A DNA stretch of 64,000 bases from an uncultured Bacteroidota bacterium (GCA_903844815.1 CAIMVD010000309.1:2504-66503), one strand, 5' to 3'; shown: positions 53,446-62,777, counted from the first letter of the stretch. A program made the numbers and translations. Notes: generated from the sequence alone by a model not told the origin.

Positions 53446-54324
53446 ATGGAAAATATTGAACTCATAGAAATTGAAAACCGGATTTTTACCATTCGGGGTG
53501 TTCAGGTAATGATCGACAGGGACCTGGCTGAGATGTATCTGGTTAGCACAAAGGTTCTGAATCAATCAGTGAAACGAAATATCGATCGATTTCCTGCCAT
53601 GTTTCATTTTCAGCTTTCGGAGAAGGAAAAATTTGAACTGGTCACAAATTGTGACCGGTTCGAAAGTCTGAAACATTCATCTGTTAATCCATACGCTTTT
53701 ACAGAACAAGGTGTCGCCATGCTTTCTGCTGTACTTCGCAGCGAAACTGCAATCAAGGTAAGTATCCGGATTATGGAAGCGTTTGTCGAAATGCGGAAAT
53801 TGGTTTTAGGAAATGCCGCATTGTTTCAACGACTCGACCGGATTGAATTCAAACAACTGGAATCCGATCATAAATTTGAACAGGTTTTTAAAGCGCTCGA
53901 AAGCCGTGAACAGTTGCCCGAAAAAGGCATTTTTTACGATGGACAGGTGTTCGACGCCTGGATATTTATCTCCGACCTGATTCGTGGCGCCAAACAATCG
54001 CTCATTCTGATCGACAATTATGTGGACGATACCGTACTTAATTTGTTTACCAAACGCGATAAAGGAGTAACTGCCACTATCCTTACCAAAAACATTAGCA
54101 AGCTATTGGCTACCGATCTGCGAAAACACAATACCCAATACGAACCTATTACCCTGAAAGAGTTTACCGCCGCCCACGACCGCTTCCTGATTATCGACGA
54201 AACAGAACTCTACCATCTTGGAGCTTCGTTGAAAGACCTGGGCAAAAAATGGTTTGCCTTCTCAAAAATGGATGCCCAGACTCCGGAAATGTTGAACCTC
54301 TTAAAGATCAAAATCAATGAGTGA
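53446..54324 (+). CDS. ORF6N-domain DNA-binding protein with C-terminal PLD-like (HDRF) domain
   Basis: IRGVQVMIDRDLAEMY, PYAFTEQGVAMLS, LIDNY, HDRFLIID, YHLGASLKD. Confidence 0.85.
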   Translation: MENIELIEIENRIFTIRGVQVMIDRDLAEMYLVSTKVLNQSVKRNIDRFPAMFHFQLSEKEKFELVTNCDRFESLKHSSVNPYAFTEQGVAMLSAVLRSETAIKVSIRIMEAFVEMRKLVLGNAALFQRLDRIEFKQLESDHKFEQVFKALESREQLPEKGIFYDGQVFDAWIFISDLIRGAKQSLILIDNYVDDTVLNLFTKRDKGVTATILTKNISKLLATDLRKHNTQYEPITLKEFTAAHDRFLIIDETELYHLGASLKDLGKKWFAFSKMDAQTPEMLNLLKIKINE

Positions 54325-55564
54325 GTGGAAAGAAACTGAAATTGGACGAATACCAATTGATTGGGACTTGAAGACGGTTGATGAAATTAAATCCCCAGAA
54401 AAGAAATCAATAATTTCAGGGCCATTTGGTTCAAATATCAGTGCAAAATATTTTGTAGAGGCTGGTGTACCTGTAATTAGAGGGAATAATTTATCTCTTG
54501 ATATAAATAGGAAATTTAATGACTCCGGTTTTGTATTTATAACTGATGAAAAAGCGAATGAATTAGGTACTTGGGCAGAAAAGAATGACATAATTTTTAC
54601 AGCCGTTGGCACAATTGGGCAGGTTGGAATTCTAACAGGCAAAGAATCATTTCAAAAATATATTATCTCTAATAAACAGCTTAGGCTAAGAATAAATAAG
54701 GAAATAATTGAACCTCTTTATGCATATTATTGGTTTGCAAGTCCAACAATGGCAGATATAATTCTACAGAGAAATACAGGTTCAAGTGTTCCTTTAATCA
54801 ACCTCTCTGTTTTAAAATCTCTTTTAATTCCTTTACCTCCTCAAAATGAAAGAGTTAAGATATTGAGTATCTTAAAAAGTTTAGATGATAAAATAGACCT
54901 GCTGCACCGCCAAAACGCCACATTGGAAGCCATGGCCAAAACGCTTTTCAGACAGTGGTTTGTGGAGGAAGCGAAGGAGGATTGGGAGGAATTTAAAGTG
55001 AGTAGAATTGCAGAACACTTGAAGGTTAATGTAATACCATCAAAACAACCATTAGCTTTTTACCATCACTATAGTTTGCCTGCTTTTGATGCAGGTCAAA
55101 ATCCTATTAGAGAGACGGGAATTGAAATTCTAAGCCATAAGTACAGAGTTTTTTCTGAATCAATCTTGGTTTCGAAGTTGAATCCAAGATCCCCCAGAAT
55201 TTGGGCAATTGGAACAGACCTAAAAGACAATTCAATCTGTTCAACTGAATTCCAGGTATTTAAACCAAAAGACAACCTCTTATTTGGATATTTATTTTTT
55301 CTATTGAAATCCGATGACGCAAAAAATGCATTAGAAATGGCTGCATCAGGAACGAGCGGAAGTCATCAAAGAGTCAGACCTGAGGATATATCAAACATAC
55401 CATTCGCATTGCCAAATATTGATCTAGCAATTGAATTCTCAAAAAAAGTACAACCACTTCTAAATAAAATCAACAAGAACCAAACTCAAGCCCGCACCCT
55501 CACGGCCCTTCGGGATACTTTATTGCCGAAGTTGATGAGCGGGGAGGTTAGGGTGGAAATGTAA
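54317..55564 (+). CDS. hsdS: type I R-M specificity subunit
   Basis: Two TRDs separated by LDDKIDLLHRQNATLEAMA; C-terminal LRDTLLPKLMSGE. Confidence 0.95.
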   Translation: MSEWKETEIGRIPIDWDLKTVDEIKSPEKKSIISGPFGSNISAKYFVEAGVPVIRGNNLSLDINRKFNDSGFVFITDEKANELGTWAEKNDIIFTAVGTIGQVGILTGKESFQKYIISNKQLRLRINKEIIEPLYAYYWFASPTMADIILQRNTGSSVPLINLSVLKSLLIPLPPQNERVKILSILKSLDDKIDLLHRQNATLEAMAKTLFRQWFVEEAKEDWEEFKVSRIAEHLKVNVIPSKQPLAFYHHYSLPAFDAGQNPIRETGIEILSHKYRVFSESILVSKLNPRSPRIWAIGTDLKDNSICSTEFQVFKPKDNLLFGYLFFLLKSDDAKNALEMAASGTSGSHQRVRPEDISNIPFALPNIDLAIEFSKKVQPLLNKINKNQTQARTLTALRDTLLPKLMSGEVRVEM

Positions 55565-55595
55565 TAAAAACTATTAACCATTAAACTAACAATTT

Positions 55596-55973
55596 ATGCC
55601 ATTAGAGCCCACTTGGATAGACGCTACAGAAATTCTTATAAAAGAGGTTAAGGGAATTTTTAACAGAAAAGCAAAGAGAAAAGAAAAAGCCTTCGAGGCA
55701 ATTGAAGCAATTAATAGAGCAGCAAACAGAACATCAATATACATTTCCAAGAATAAAAAAGGCACATACAAATCGAATTTAGAACTTTCAGATTTATGGT
55801 TAGAGACAGCCACAAAAGTTCGAGACCTTGATGTTTCTTTGTATAACCAGTTACTATATAAAGCTGAATACTGGTCAAATCCTGCAAGCTGGAGCGATAA
55901 CGATGTGAAAAAAGCGAAAATTGGATTGTTGGAGATAAAGAGAGCTGCTCAGGAAATACTTAAAAAGAAGTAA
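55596..55973 (+). CDS. hypothetical basic helical protein (125 aa)
   Basis: ORF co-oriented in the R-M operon, 31 bp after hsdS; no motif recognised. Confidence 0.7.
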   Translation: MPLEPTWIDATEILIKEVKGIFNRKAKRKEKAFEAIEAINRAANRTSIYISKNKKGTYKSNLELSDLWLETATKVRDLDVSLYNQLLYKAEYWSNPASWSDNDVKKAKIGLLEIKRAAQEILKKK

Positions 55974-56000
55974 AGATCAATCTAAATTTCCTCTGTCCAC

Positions 56001-56165
56001 ATGACTCGGATCACTGAAAACCACATCGAACTTTTGGCCAAACAACGTCTCGAATCGTTGGGTTATCATTTCCGCGGCCGTAACAAAGTTAAAGTGGAAC
56101 ACGGCCACAGTATGGATAGGGTTTTCTTTCCGGAGGATGATACTTTTACGACAATGATATGGTAA
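56001..56165 (+). pseudogene. duplicated hsdR 5' fragment
   Basis: MTRITENHIELLAKQRLESLGYHF versus hsdR MPRITENLIELLAIQHLESLGYHY; similarity ends after ~24 codons. Confidence 0.85.
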
Positions 56166-56228
56166 GAATTAAAGGTCAACGATGTATGGGGTAATGAAAA
56201 AGAATCACAGAAAATAAAAAGAAAATAT

Positions 56229-56942
56229 ATGAGAACCGAATACAATATATACTGCGATGAAAGTTGTCATTTACAAAATGACGATAGCAATGTAATGGTG
56301 TTGGGTGCTGCCTGGTGTTCAAAAACAGTAAAAGAAGAAGTTTTTGGCCGTATCCGTGAAATAAAACAAAAACATGGGTTTAAGCCCGATTTTGAAATAA
56401 AATGGAACAAGGTTTCGAAAGCCAAAACCGATTTTTACATCGAACTCATAAATTACTTTTTCGATGATGATCATCTTCATTTCAGGGCATTGGTTGTCCC
56501 CGACAAAAAAGCACTGAACCACGAGGCATTTAATCAGGATCACGATACGTTTTATTACAAAATGTATTTCGATCTTTTGAAAGTTATCCTCTCGCCTGAT
56601 TGCGCCTACAACATATACATCGACATAAAAGACACCCGTAGTCAGGAAAAAGTCATGAAATTGCAGAATGTTTTGAGAAACAATCATTATGACTATCACA
56701 ACCAGATCATACGAAAAATACAACAGGTTCATTCTCATGAAGTAGAGTTGCTCCAAATAACCGATATGCTTTCCGGGGCAATCTCGTACCTGCACAGAGG
56801 ATTGTCAGGAAACGAAGCCAAACTGAAGATTATTGAAAAAATCAGGGCACGGTCGGGCTACAGTTTATTAAAATCGACCCTGTTCAAAGAGGACAAAATG
56901 AACATTTTTATTTGGAAATCAAGAACTGTAACCAATGGCTGA
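56229..56942 (+). CDS. DUF3800 family protein (predicted RNase H-like acidic core)
   Basis: IYCDESCHL, EIKW, LLQITDML motifs typical of DUF3800. Confidence 0.82.
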   Translation: MRTEYNIYCDESCHLQNDDSNVMVLGAAWCSKTVKEEVFGRIREIKQKHGFKPDFEIKWNKVSKAKTDFYIELINYFFDDDHLHFRALVVPDKKALNHEAFNQDHDTFYYKMYFDLLKVILSPDCAYNIYIDIKDTRSQEKVMKLQNVLRNNHYDYHNQIIRKIQQVHSHEVELLQITDMLSGAISYLHRGLSGNEAKLKIIEKIRARSGYSLLKSTLFKEDKMNIFIWKSRTVTNG

Positions 56943-57450
56943 AATGGGAATAGTTTTGCCCGAATTGATATTGCTTGAAAATTTCGGCGGCGATTATAAG
57001 AATTTCATTCAAGCTGTTTATATGGCGTTCCACCGTGATTTTGTACAGCATAAAACAAAATTCAGGGGCGAAGAACTTCGATTAAAATGGCATCCGATTT
57101 ATCAGGCTAAAGCATACACCTTTTATCATATGACCCACAAAGGAGACGATGAACAAAACCGCGAACCTGATTTGCGGCGCTGTGAGCGTATGCCTTGGGC
57201 GAGGCCGGTAATTGAGAATTGCGACATGTGGAATTTGAAGATATGGCCACAAATCCGTAAAGGATCAAATCGACTTTGCATCTGGCTAGATATGGAGGAT
57301 GATCCTGATTACATAATAATATTAGATGTGCGTAAAGACTATAAACTCTTATGGACAGCTTTTGTACTGGAATACGAACATGAAAAACGGAAGAAACAAA
57401 AGGAATATGAGGAATGGATTAAAACGCTGAAATCGCCAGGTAAAACCTGA
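56935..57450 (+). CDS. conserved-looking hypothetical partner of DUF3800 (possible BECR-type RNase fold)
   Basis: 8-bp overlap with the DUF3800 gene; FYHMTH, EPDLRRCERMPW, YIIILD..LLWTAF. Confidence 0.7.
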   Translation: MAEMGIVLPELILLENFGGDYKNFIQAVYMAFHRDFVQHKTKFRGEELRLKWHPIYQAKAYTFYHMTHKGDDEQNREPDLRRCERMPWARPVIENCDMWNLKIWPQIRKGSNRLCIWLDMEDDPDYIIILDVRKDYKLLWTAFVLEYEHEKRKKQKEYEEWIKTLKSPGKT

Positions 57451-57487
57451 CGACTTCGTAACTCCTTTAACACATGGTTAATGAGAT
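57421..57487 (-). ncRNA. candidate ~65-70 nt two-hairpin small RNA convergent with the DUF3800 operon
   Basis: Hairpin 57462-57485; 12-bp hairpin 57429-57457 whose two A-C mismatches become G-U on the minus strand; promoter directly upstream. Confidence 0.6.
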
Positions 57488-57491
57488 GAAA

Positions 57492-57523
57492 CAAATGTAG
57501 TATGCTTTTTATTGAAATGCAAA
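57492..57523 (-). promoter_or_regulatory. consensus Bacteroidota sigma-A promoter
   Basis: TTTG (57523-57520) - 20 nt - TACATTTG (57499-57492). Confidence 0.72.
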
Positions 57524-57663
57524 TTTATTTTCAATGACAACAAAAATAACCGAATGAGCTATAGAACTTCTGGCCATCCAACGCCTGTAATCGTTTGGTT
57601 ACCAAAAGGGTTCAGGGAGATGACTGTGACAGATCTGGTTTGGCTCATTGACCATAGAAATCT

Positions 57664-57813
57664 GAGCCTGCTCCGAAAAGTCTTTTTTTGCCACCAAGGC
57701 GCAAAGGCACGAAGACACGCCAATGTAATTCATTAATATTATGCTCTTTGTGAGCCTTAGCGTCTTCGTGCCTTTGTGGCAATTGTATTTATTGTCTTTT
57801 TCGGAGTGGGCTC
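57664..57813. mobile_element. 150-bp MITE-like element
   Basis: 16-bp TIRs gagcctgctccgaaaa / ttttcggagtgggctc (14 of 16 match), flanking AAATCT direct repeat on both sides, internal inverted repeats. Confidence 0.75.
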
Positions 57814-57957
57814 AAATCTTTACTTTCAAAGTTTTTGGGATTTTTTATAGCCCGGTTCTCTTAGTTGGGAGATACGAGTAAAATTGATAGCAGAAAAAAT
57901 ATTACAATTATTTTATAAATCATTAACCTGATAGGTAAATATATTTATAACTTAGCG

Positions 57958-58290
57958 ATGAATATATCCTATAAAAATAATAAGCTGGAACAATCGCTTA
58001 CAATAGACAGAAACATCATAAAAAGCTATGGTGGTTTATCAAAGAAGATAAAACAGCGTTTGGAACAACTTAAGGCAGCAAATGATTTATGAATTATAGC
58101 ATAAATGCCGGTATTGCGTTTACACACTTACAAAGGAGATCTATTGGGAGAATGGACAATTAACATACAGGAGAACTGGCGAATTTGCTTCGAAATTGAC
58201 CAGGATCCCATACCAAAATCAGACGACGGAGGTGTCAACCTGAATATGGTTACAGCGATTAAGATTTTATCGGTGGAAGACCCTCATTAA
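57958..58290 (+). pseudogene. higB: HigB/RelE-family toxin pseudogene
   Basis: MNISYKNNKLEQ...LKAANDL*IIA*MPVLRLHTYKGDLLGEWTINIQENWRICF; in-frame stops at 58090-58092 and 58102-58104. Confidence 0.85.
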
Positions 58291-58307
58291 AACAAGAAAC
58301 TACAACA

Positions 58308-59411
58308 ATGACCGATTTAGAAGCAAAAAAACTACTACTATCAACTCCAGGTGATACAATTCAGGAAACTATTGATGAAATAGGTATGTCGCAGGCAGAA
58401 CTGGCGGAGCGATTAGGAAGGTCGGTACCTAAACTCAACGAATTGATTAAAGGCAAAGCTCCGATTACAAAAGAAACAGCAACCAAATTAGAATATGTCT
58501 TAGGTATTCCTGCCAGTTTTTGGATCAATCTGGAACGTCAGTATCAGGACGAACTCCTTGAGATTGAGCAAATGGAATATCTGGAACAATGCACCGATTG
58601 GGTTTTATCATTTCCCTTGTTAAACCTTAAAAAGCTGGGAATTTTACCCAACACTAACAGCAAACCTGAATTGTCAGCAACCCTTTTAAAGTTTTTCAGG
58701 GTAGCTTCTCCTAACCAATGGTCAGATATTTATAAAGGCAGCTCGCTGGCTTTCAAAATTGACCTTCGGCATACTGCAGAACCAGAGGCCATTTCGGTTT
58801 GGTTACGTTTCGGTGAATTGCAGGCGGAGAAATTAACGTTAAAGACTTTCGACAAAAAAATCATACGCGAAAACATTGACCAGATACAAGCCCTGTCCTA
58901 TGCGCACCCTGAAGAGTGGTTAGGCAAATTACAACAAATTTGTGCCATGTGTGGAATAGCTTTGGTATTTACACCCTGTATTGCTAAAGCGCCTATTTAC
59001 GGTGCAACACGTTGGATAAAGAATAATACCTTACCACTAATTCAGATAACTGACAGGCAAAAAGATTACAATGCTTTTTGGTTTACTTTTTATCACGAGT
59101 TAGCCCATATTCTCTTTCACGGTAAAAAAGAAATTTTTATCGATGGTTTGGATAGTATTGTGCCCGATAAAGAAAAGGAAGAACAGGCTGATGCCTTTGC
59201 ATCACGTATGTTATTATCTGAAAAAGAACGCAATGAATTGTTTCAATATTCAAAATTCAATACGGACCTGATAATTCATTTTAGTGAAAAATTCAAAAAA
59301 CATCCCGGGATTATTGTAGCCCAGCTTCAAAGACAATACAATAATCTGTATAAAGATGTACGCCTGAACAGCCTTAAAACGAAGGTAGTATTTACCGAAT
59401 TGATTGTATAA
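58308..59411 (+). CDS. higA: HigA-type HTH antitoxin fused to ImmA/IrrE metallopeptidase
   Basis: TPGDTI..MSQAELAERLG HTH, FWINLE..Y, FWFTFYHELAH, EEQADAFA. Confidence 0.88.
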   Translation: MTDLEAKKLLLSTPGDTIQETIDEIGMSQAELAERLGRSVPKLNELIKGKAPITKETATKLEYVLGIPASFWINLERQYQDELLEIEQMEYLEQCTDWVLSFPLLNLKKLGILPNTNSKPELSATLLKFFRVASPNQWSDIYKGSSLAFKIDLRHTAEPEAISVWLRFGELQAEKLTLKTFDKKIIRENIDQIQALSYAHPEEWLGKLQQICAMCGIALVFTPCIAKAPIYGATRWIKNNTLPLIQITDRQKDYNAFWFTFYHELAHILFHGKKEIFIDGLDSIVPDKEKEEQADAFASRMLLSEKERNELFQYSKFNTDLIIHFSEKFKKHPGIIVAQLQRQYNNLYKDVRLNSLKTKVVFTELIV

Positions 59412-59414
59412 GCT

Positions 59415-62400
59415 ATGCCCCGGATCACCGAAAACCTAATTGAACTACTGGCCATCCAACATCTGGAATCGCTGGGTTACCACTACCTGTATGGACCGGA
59501 TATCGCTCCCGATGCTTCGCCAAGTTCAGCAACAGGAGCCATTACAGATGATATCAGAGATTCATTTGAGCAGGTTTTGTTACTCAACAGACTTAAAAAA
59601 GCTGTTCGGAAAATAAATCCGGGTATTCCGGCAGATGCACAAAACGAAGCCATCAAGGAAATTCAGCGTATTGCTTCTCCAGAATTACTGGCAAACAACG
59701 AGACTTTTCATCGTTTGCTTACCGAAGGAATTCCGGTTACCAAACGGGTTCATGGTGATGACCGCGGCGACCGGGTTTGGCTTATTGACTTCAAAAATCC
59801 AACCAACAACGAATTTCTGGTGGTAAATCAATTCACCATTGTTGAGAATCATCAAAATAAACGTCCGGATATCCTTCTGTTTGTAAATGGCATTCCGCTG
59901 GTTGTGATCGAATTAAAAAATGCGGCTGACGAAAAAGCAAATGTTCATTCGGCTTTCCGGCAAATAGAAACATATAAAGCAATTATTCCCAGCCTGTTTA
60001 CTTTCAATGGCTTCAACGTCATTTCCGATGGTCTGGAAGCCAAAGCCGGTTCTTTATCTGCCGGGTTCAGCCGTTACATGGCCTGGAAAACTGCCGATGG
60101 AAAAACAGAAGCCTCTCATCTGGTTGGTCAGCTTGAAACCCTGATCCAGGGAATGCTGAATAAAGAAACCCTTATCGACCTGATCCGGCATTTCATTGTA
60201 TTCGAAAAATCGAAAAAGGTTGAGCCTTTAGCGAAATCCCGGGACGAAGGACCCGGGAAAGATTCAGATACCGGAATCACCACAATTTCAACAGTCAAAA
60301 AAATAGCAGCCTACCATCAGTATTACGCCGTCAATCGTGCTGTAGAATCTACAATCCGTGCCACCGGATTTCGTCAAGACAAGGCATGCCTTGTCCCTAA
60401 TCCCGATATCATTCAGGAATCCCCCGAATCCTATGGTCTGCCAGGGGTTCGCAAACAACCTGTCGGTGACCGGAAAGGTGGGGTTGTCTGGCATACCCAG
60501 GGAAGTGGAAAATCCCTTTCAATGGTATTCTATACCGGCAAAATCGTTTTGGCATTGGATAATCCAACCATTCTGGTCATCACCGACCGCAACGATCTGG
60601 ATGATCAGTTGTTCGATACCTTCGCAGCTTCCAAACAATTGCTTCGGCAGGAACCCGTCCAGGCAGATGACCGGAACCAGTTAAAAGATTTGCTGAAAGT
60701 AGCTTCCGGAGGTGTTGTATTTACAACCATTCAGAAATTCCAACCGGATGCTTCGACAAGCTCAGCAACCCCCGCTTTTTACGAGATGTTATCAGAGCGA
60801 AGAAACATTGTGGTGATAGCGGATGAAGCCCATCGCACACAATATGGCTTCAGTGCAAAAACAATTGACGACAAAGATGAAAAGGGAAATGTAATCGGAA
60901 AGAAAATCGTTTACGGTTTTGCCAAATATATGCGCGATGCGTTGCCAAATGCCACTTATTTAGGTTTTACAGGGACTCCCATTGAAAATACCGATGTTAA
61001 CACACCAGCAGTTTTCGGGAACTATGTTGACATCTACGACATTGCCCAGGCTGTTGAGGATGGAGCTACAGTCAGAATTTATTACGAAAGTCGTCTGGCT
61101 AAAGTCAATCTAAGCGAGGAAGGTAAAAAGCTTGTGGATGAACTGGACAAAGAACTTGATCAGGAAGATTTATCCTCCACACAAAAGGCCAAAGCTAAAT
61201 GGACACAACTTGAAGCCCTGGTTGGAAGTGAAAACCGGATCCTCAATATTGCCAAAGATATTATTACTCATTTTGAGCAAAGGCAGGAAGTCTTTGAAGG
61301 CAAGGGCATGATCGTTTCGATGAGCCGCCGCATTGCAGCCGACCTTTATCATGCCGTTATAAAACTTCGGCCGGAATGGCATTCAGCCGATCTGAATAAG
61401 GGTGTAATTAAAGTTGTAATGACTTCTGCATCATCTGACGGTCCGAAGATAGCCAGACACCATACCACCAAAGAACAGAGAAGAACGCTGGCTGAACGGA
61501 TGAAAAATCCTGACGATGAATTGAAACTGGTGATCGTTCGCGATATGTGGCTGACAGGGTTTGATGCTCCATGTCTGCATACCCTGTACATCGACAAACC
61601 CATGCAGGGACACAACCTCATGCAGGCCATTGCCCGCGTGAACCGCGTGTACAAAGACAAACCAGGTGGTTTGATTGTCGATTATCTGGGCATCGCCGCT
61701 GATTTGAAAAAGGCATTGGCCTTTTATTCCGATTCAGGAGGAAAGGGTGATCCGACTATTCTTCAGGAACAAGCTGTTCATCTGATGCTGGAAAAACTTG
61801 AAGTAGTGTCTCAGATGTACCATGGGTTTGTCTATGAACATTATTTTGATGCCGAAACGTCGCAGAAACTTTCACTGATCCTGGCAGCCGAAGAACATAT
61901 TTTAGGGTTGGACGATGGAAAGAAACGATACATAAACGAAGTTACTGCACTCTCCAGAGCGTTTGCAATTGCCATTCCACACGATCAGGCAATGGATGCA
62001 AAAGACGAGGTATCGTTCTTCCAGGCAGTAAAAGCCCGGTTGGCCAAATTCGACGGAACCGGAATGGGCAAGACCGACGAAGAAATTGAAACAACTATCC
62101 GGCAGGTCATTGACAAGGCATTGGTTTCAGACCAGGTCATTGACATCTTCGATGCTGCCGGAATTAAAAAGCCGGATATTTCAATTCTTTCGGAAGAATT
62201 CCTGTTGGAATTAAAAGGAATGGAGCACAAAAATGTGGCTCTGGAAGTCCTGAAAAAACTGTTGAATGACGAGATAAAATCGAGGGCAAAAATGAACCTG
62301 GTCAAGAGCAGATCCCTGATGGAAATGCTTGAAAACTCTATAAAAAGATACCATGCCAAAGTGCTGACTGCTGCCGAAGTCATTGATGAACTCATTCATT

Positions 62401-62732
62401 TAAGCAAAGAGATTGTCAAAATGGACAGCGAAGCCAAACATATGGGCCTTACAGATTTTGAATATGCTTTTTATACTGCTGTTGCCAGTAACGACAGTGC
62501 AAGAGAACTCATGCAACAGGAAAAGCTAAGGGAACTTGCTGTAGTGTTAACTGAAACAATTAGGCAGAACGCATCCATCGACTGGACAATAAAGGAAAGT
62601 GTTAAAGCCAAACTGAAAGTTGCAGTAAAGAGAGTATTAAGAAAGTTCGGTTATCCGCCCGACATGCAATTGCTGGCAACTGAAACCGTATTAAAGCAGG
62701 CAGAAATGATAGCAAACGAATTAACTGCCTGA
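59415..62732 (+). CDS. hsdR: type I R-M restriction subunit
   Basis: RPD..VNGIPLVVIELK nuclease motif, WHTQGSGKS, DEAHR, FTGTP, MWLTGFD, QAIARVNR. Confidence 0.96.
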   Translation: MPRITENLIELLAIQHLESLGYHYLYGPDIAPDASPSSATGAITDDIRDSFEQVLLLNRLKKAVRKINPGIPADAQNEAIKEIQRIASPELLANNETFHRLLTEGIPVTKRVHGDDRGDRVWLIDFKNPTNNEFLVVNQFTIVENHQNKRPDILLFVNGIPLVVIELKNAADEKANVHSAFRQIETYKAIIPSLFTFNGFNVISDGLEAKAGSLSAGFSRYMAWKTADGKTEASHLVGQLETLIQGMLNKETLIDLIRHFIVFEKSKKVEPLAKSRDEGPGKDSDTGITTISTVKKIAAYHQYYAVNRAVESTIRATGFRQDKACLVPNPDIIQESPESYGLPGVRKQPVGDRKGGVVWHTQGSGKSLSMVFYTGKIVLALDNPTILVITDRNDLDDQLFDTFAASKQLLRQEPVQADDRNQLKDLLKVASGGVVFTTIQKFQPDASTSSATPAFYEMLSERRNIVVIADEAHRTQYGFSAKTIDDKDEKGNVIGKKIVYGFAKYMRDALPNATYLGFTGTPIENTDVNTPAVFGNYVDIYDIAQAVEDGATVRIYYESRLAKVNLSEEGKKLVDELDKELDQEDLSSTQKAKAKWTQLEALVGSENRILNIAKDIITHFEQRQEVFEGKGMIVSMSRRIAADLYHAVIKLRPEWHSADLNKGVIKVVMTSASSDGPKIARHHTTKEQRRTLAERMKNPDDELKLVIVRDMWLTGFDAPCLHTLYIDKPMQGHNLMQAIARVNRVYKDKPGGLIVDYLGIAADLKKALAFYSDSGGKGDPTILQEQAVHLMLEKLEVVSQMYHGFVYEHYFDAETSQKLSLILAAEEHILGLDDGKKRYINEVTALSRAFAIAIPHDQAMDAKDEVSFFQAVKARLAKFDGTGMGKTDEEIETTIRQVIDKALVSDQVIDIFDAAGIKKPDISILSEEFLLELKGMEHKNVALEVLKKLLNDEIKSRAKMNLVKSRSLMEMLENSIKRYHAKVLTAAEVIDELIHLSKEIVKMDSEAKHMGLTDFEYAFYTAVASNDSARELMQQEKLRELAVVLTETIRQNASIDWTIKESVKAKLKVAVKRVLRKFGYPPDMQLLATETVLKQAEMIANELTA

Positions 62733-62777
62733 TAAACTCCTGTTCATATATCATTCTTAGGCATTTGCGTTAGACAA

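Noticed and set aside
54317-55564. Phase-variable invertible hsdS (shufflon)
   Set aside because: Single hsdS; no silent TRD copies, flanking inverted repeats or recombinase seen.
57512-57736. 74-aa ORF
   Set aside because: TTG start, runs into the MITE and overlaps the antisense promoter; no protein-like features.
58090-58104. Stop-codon readthrough or alternative genetic code in higB
   Set aside because: Two different stops (TGA and TAA), both used as normal terminators across the window; pseudogenisation is simpler.
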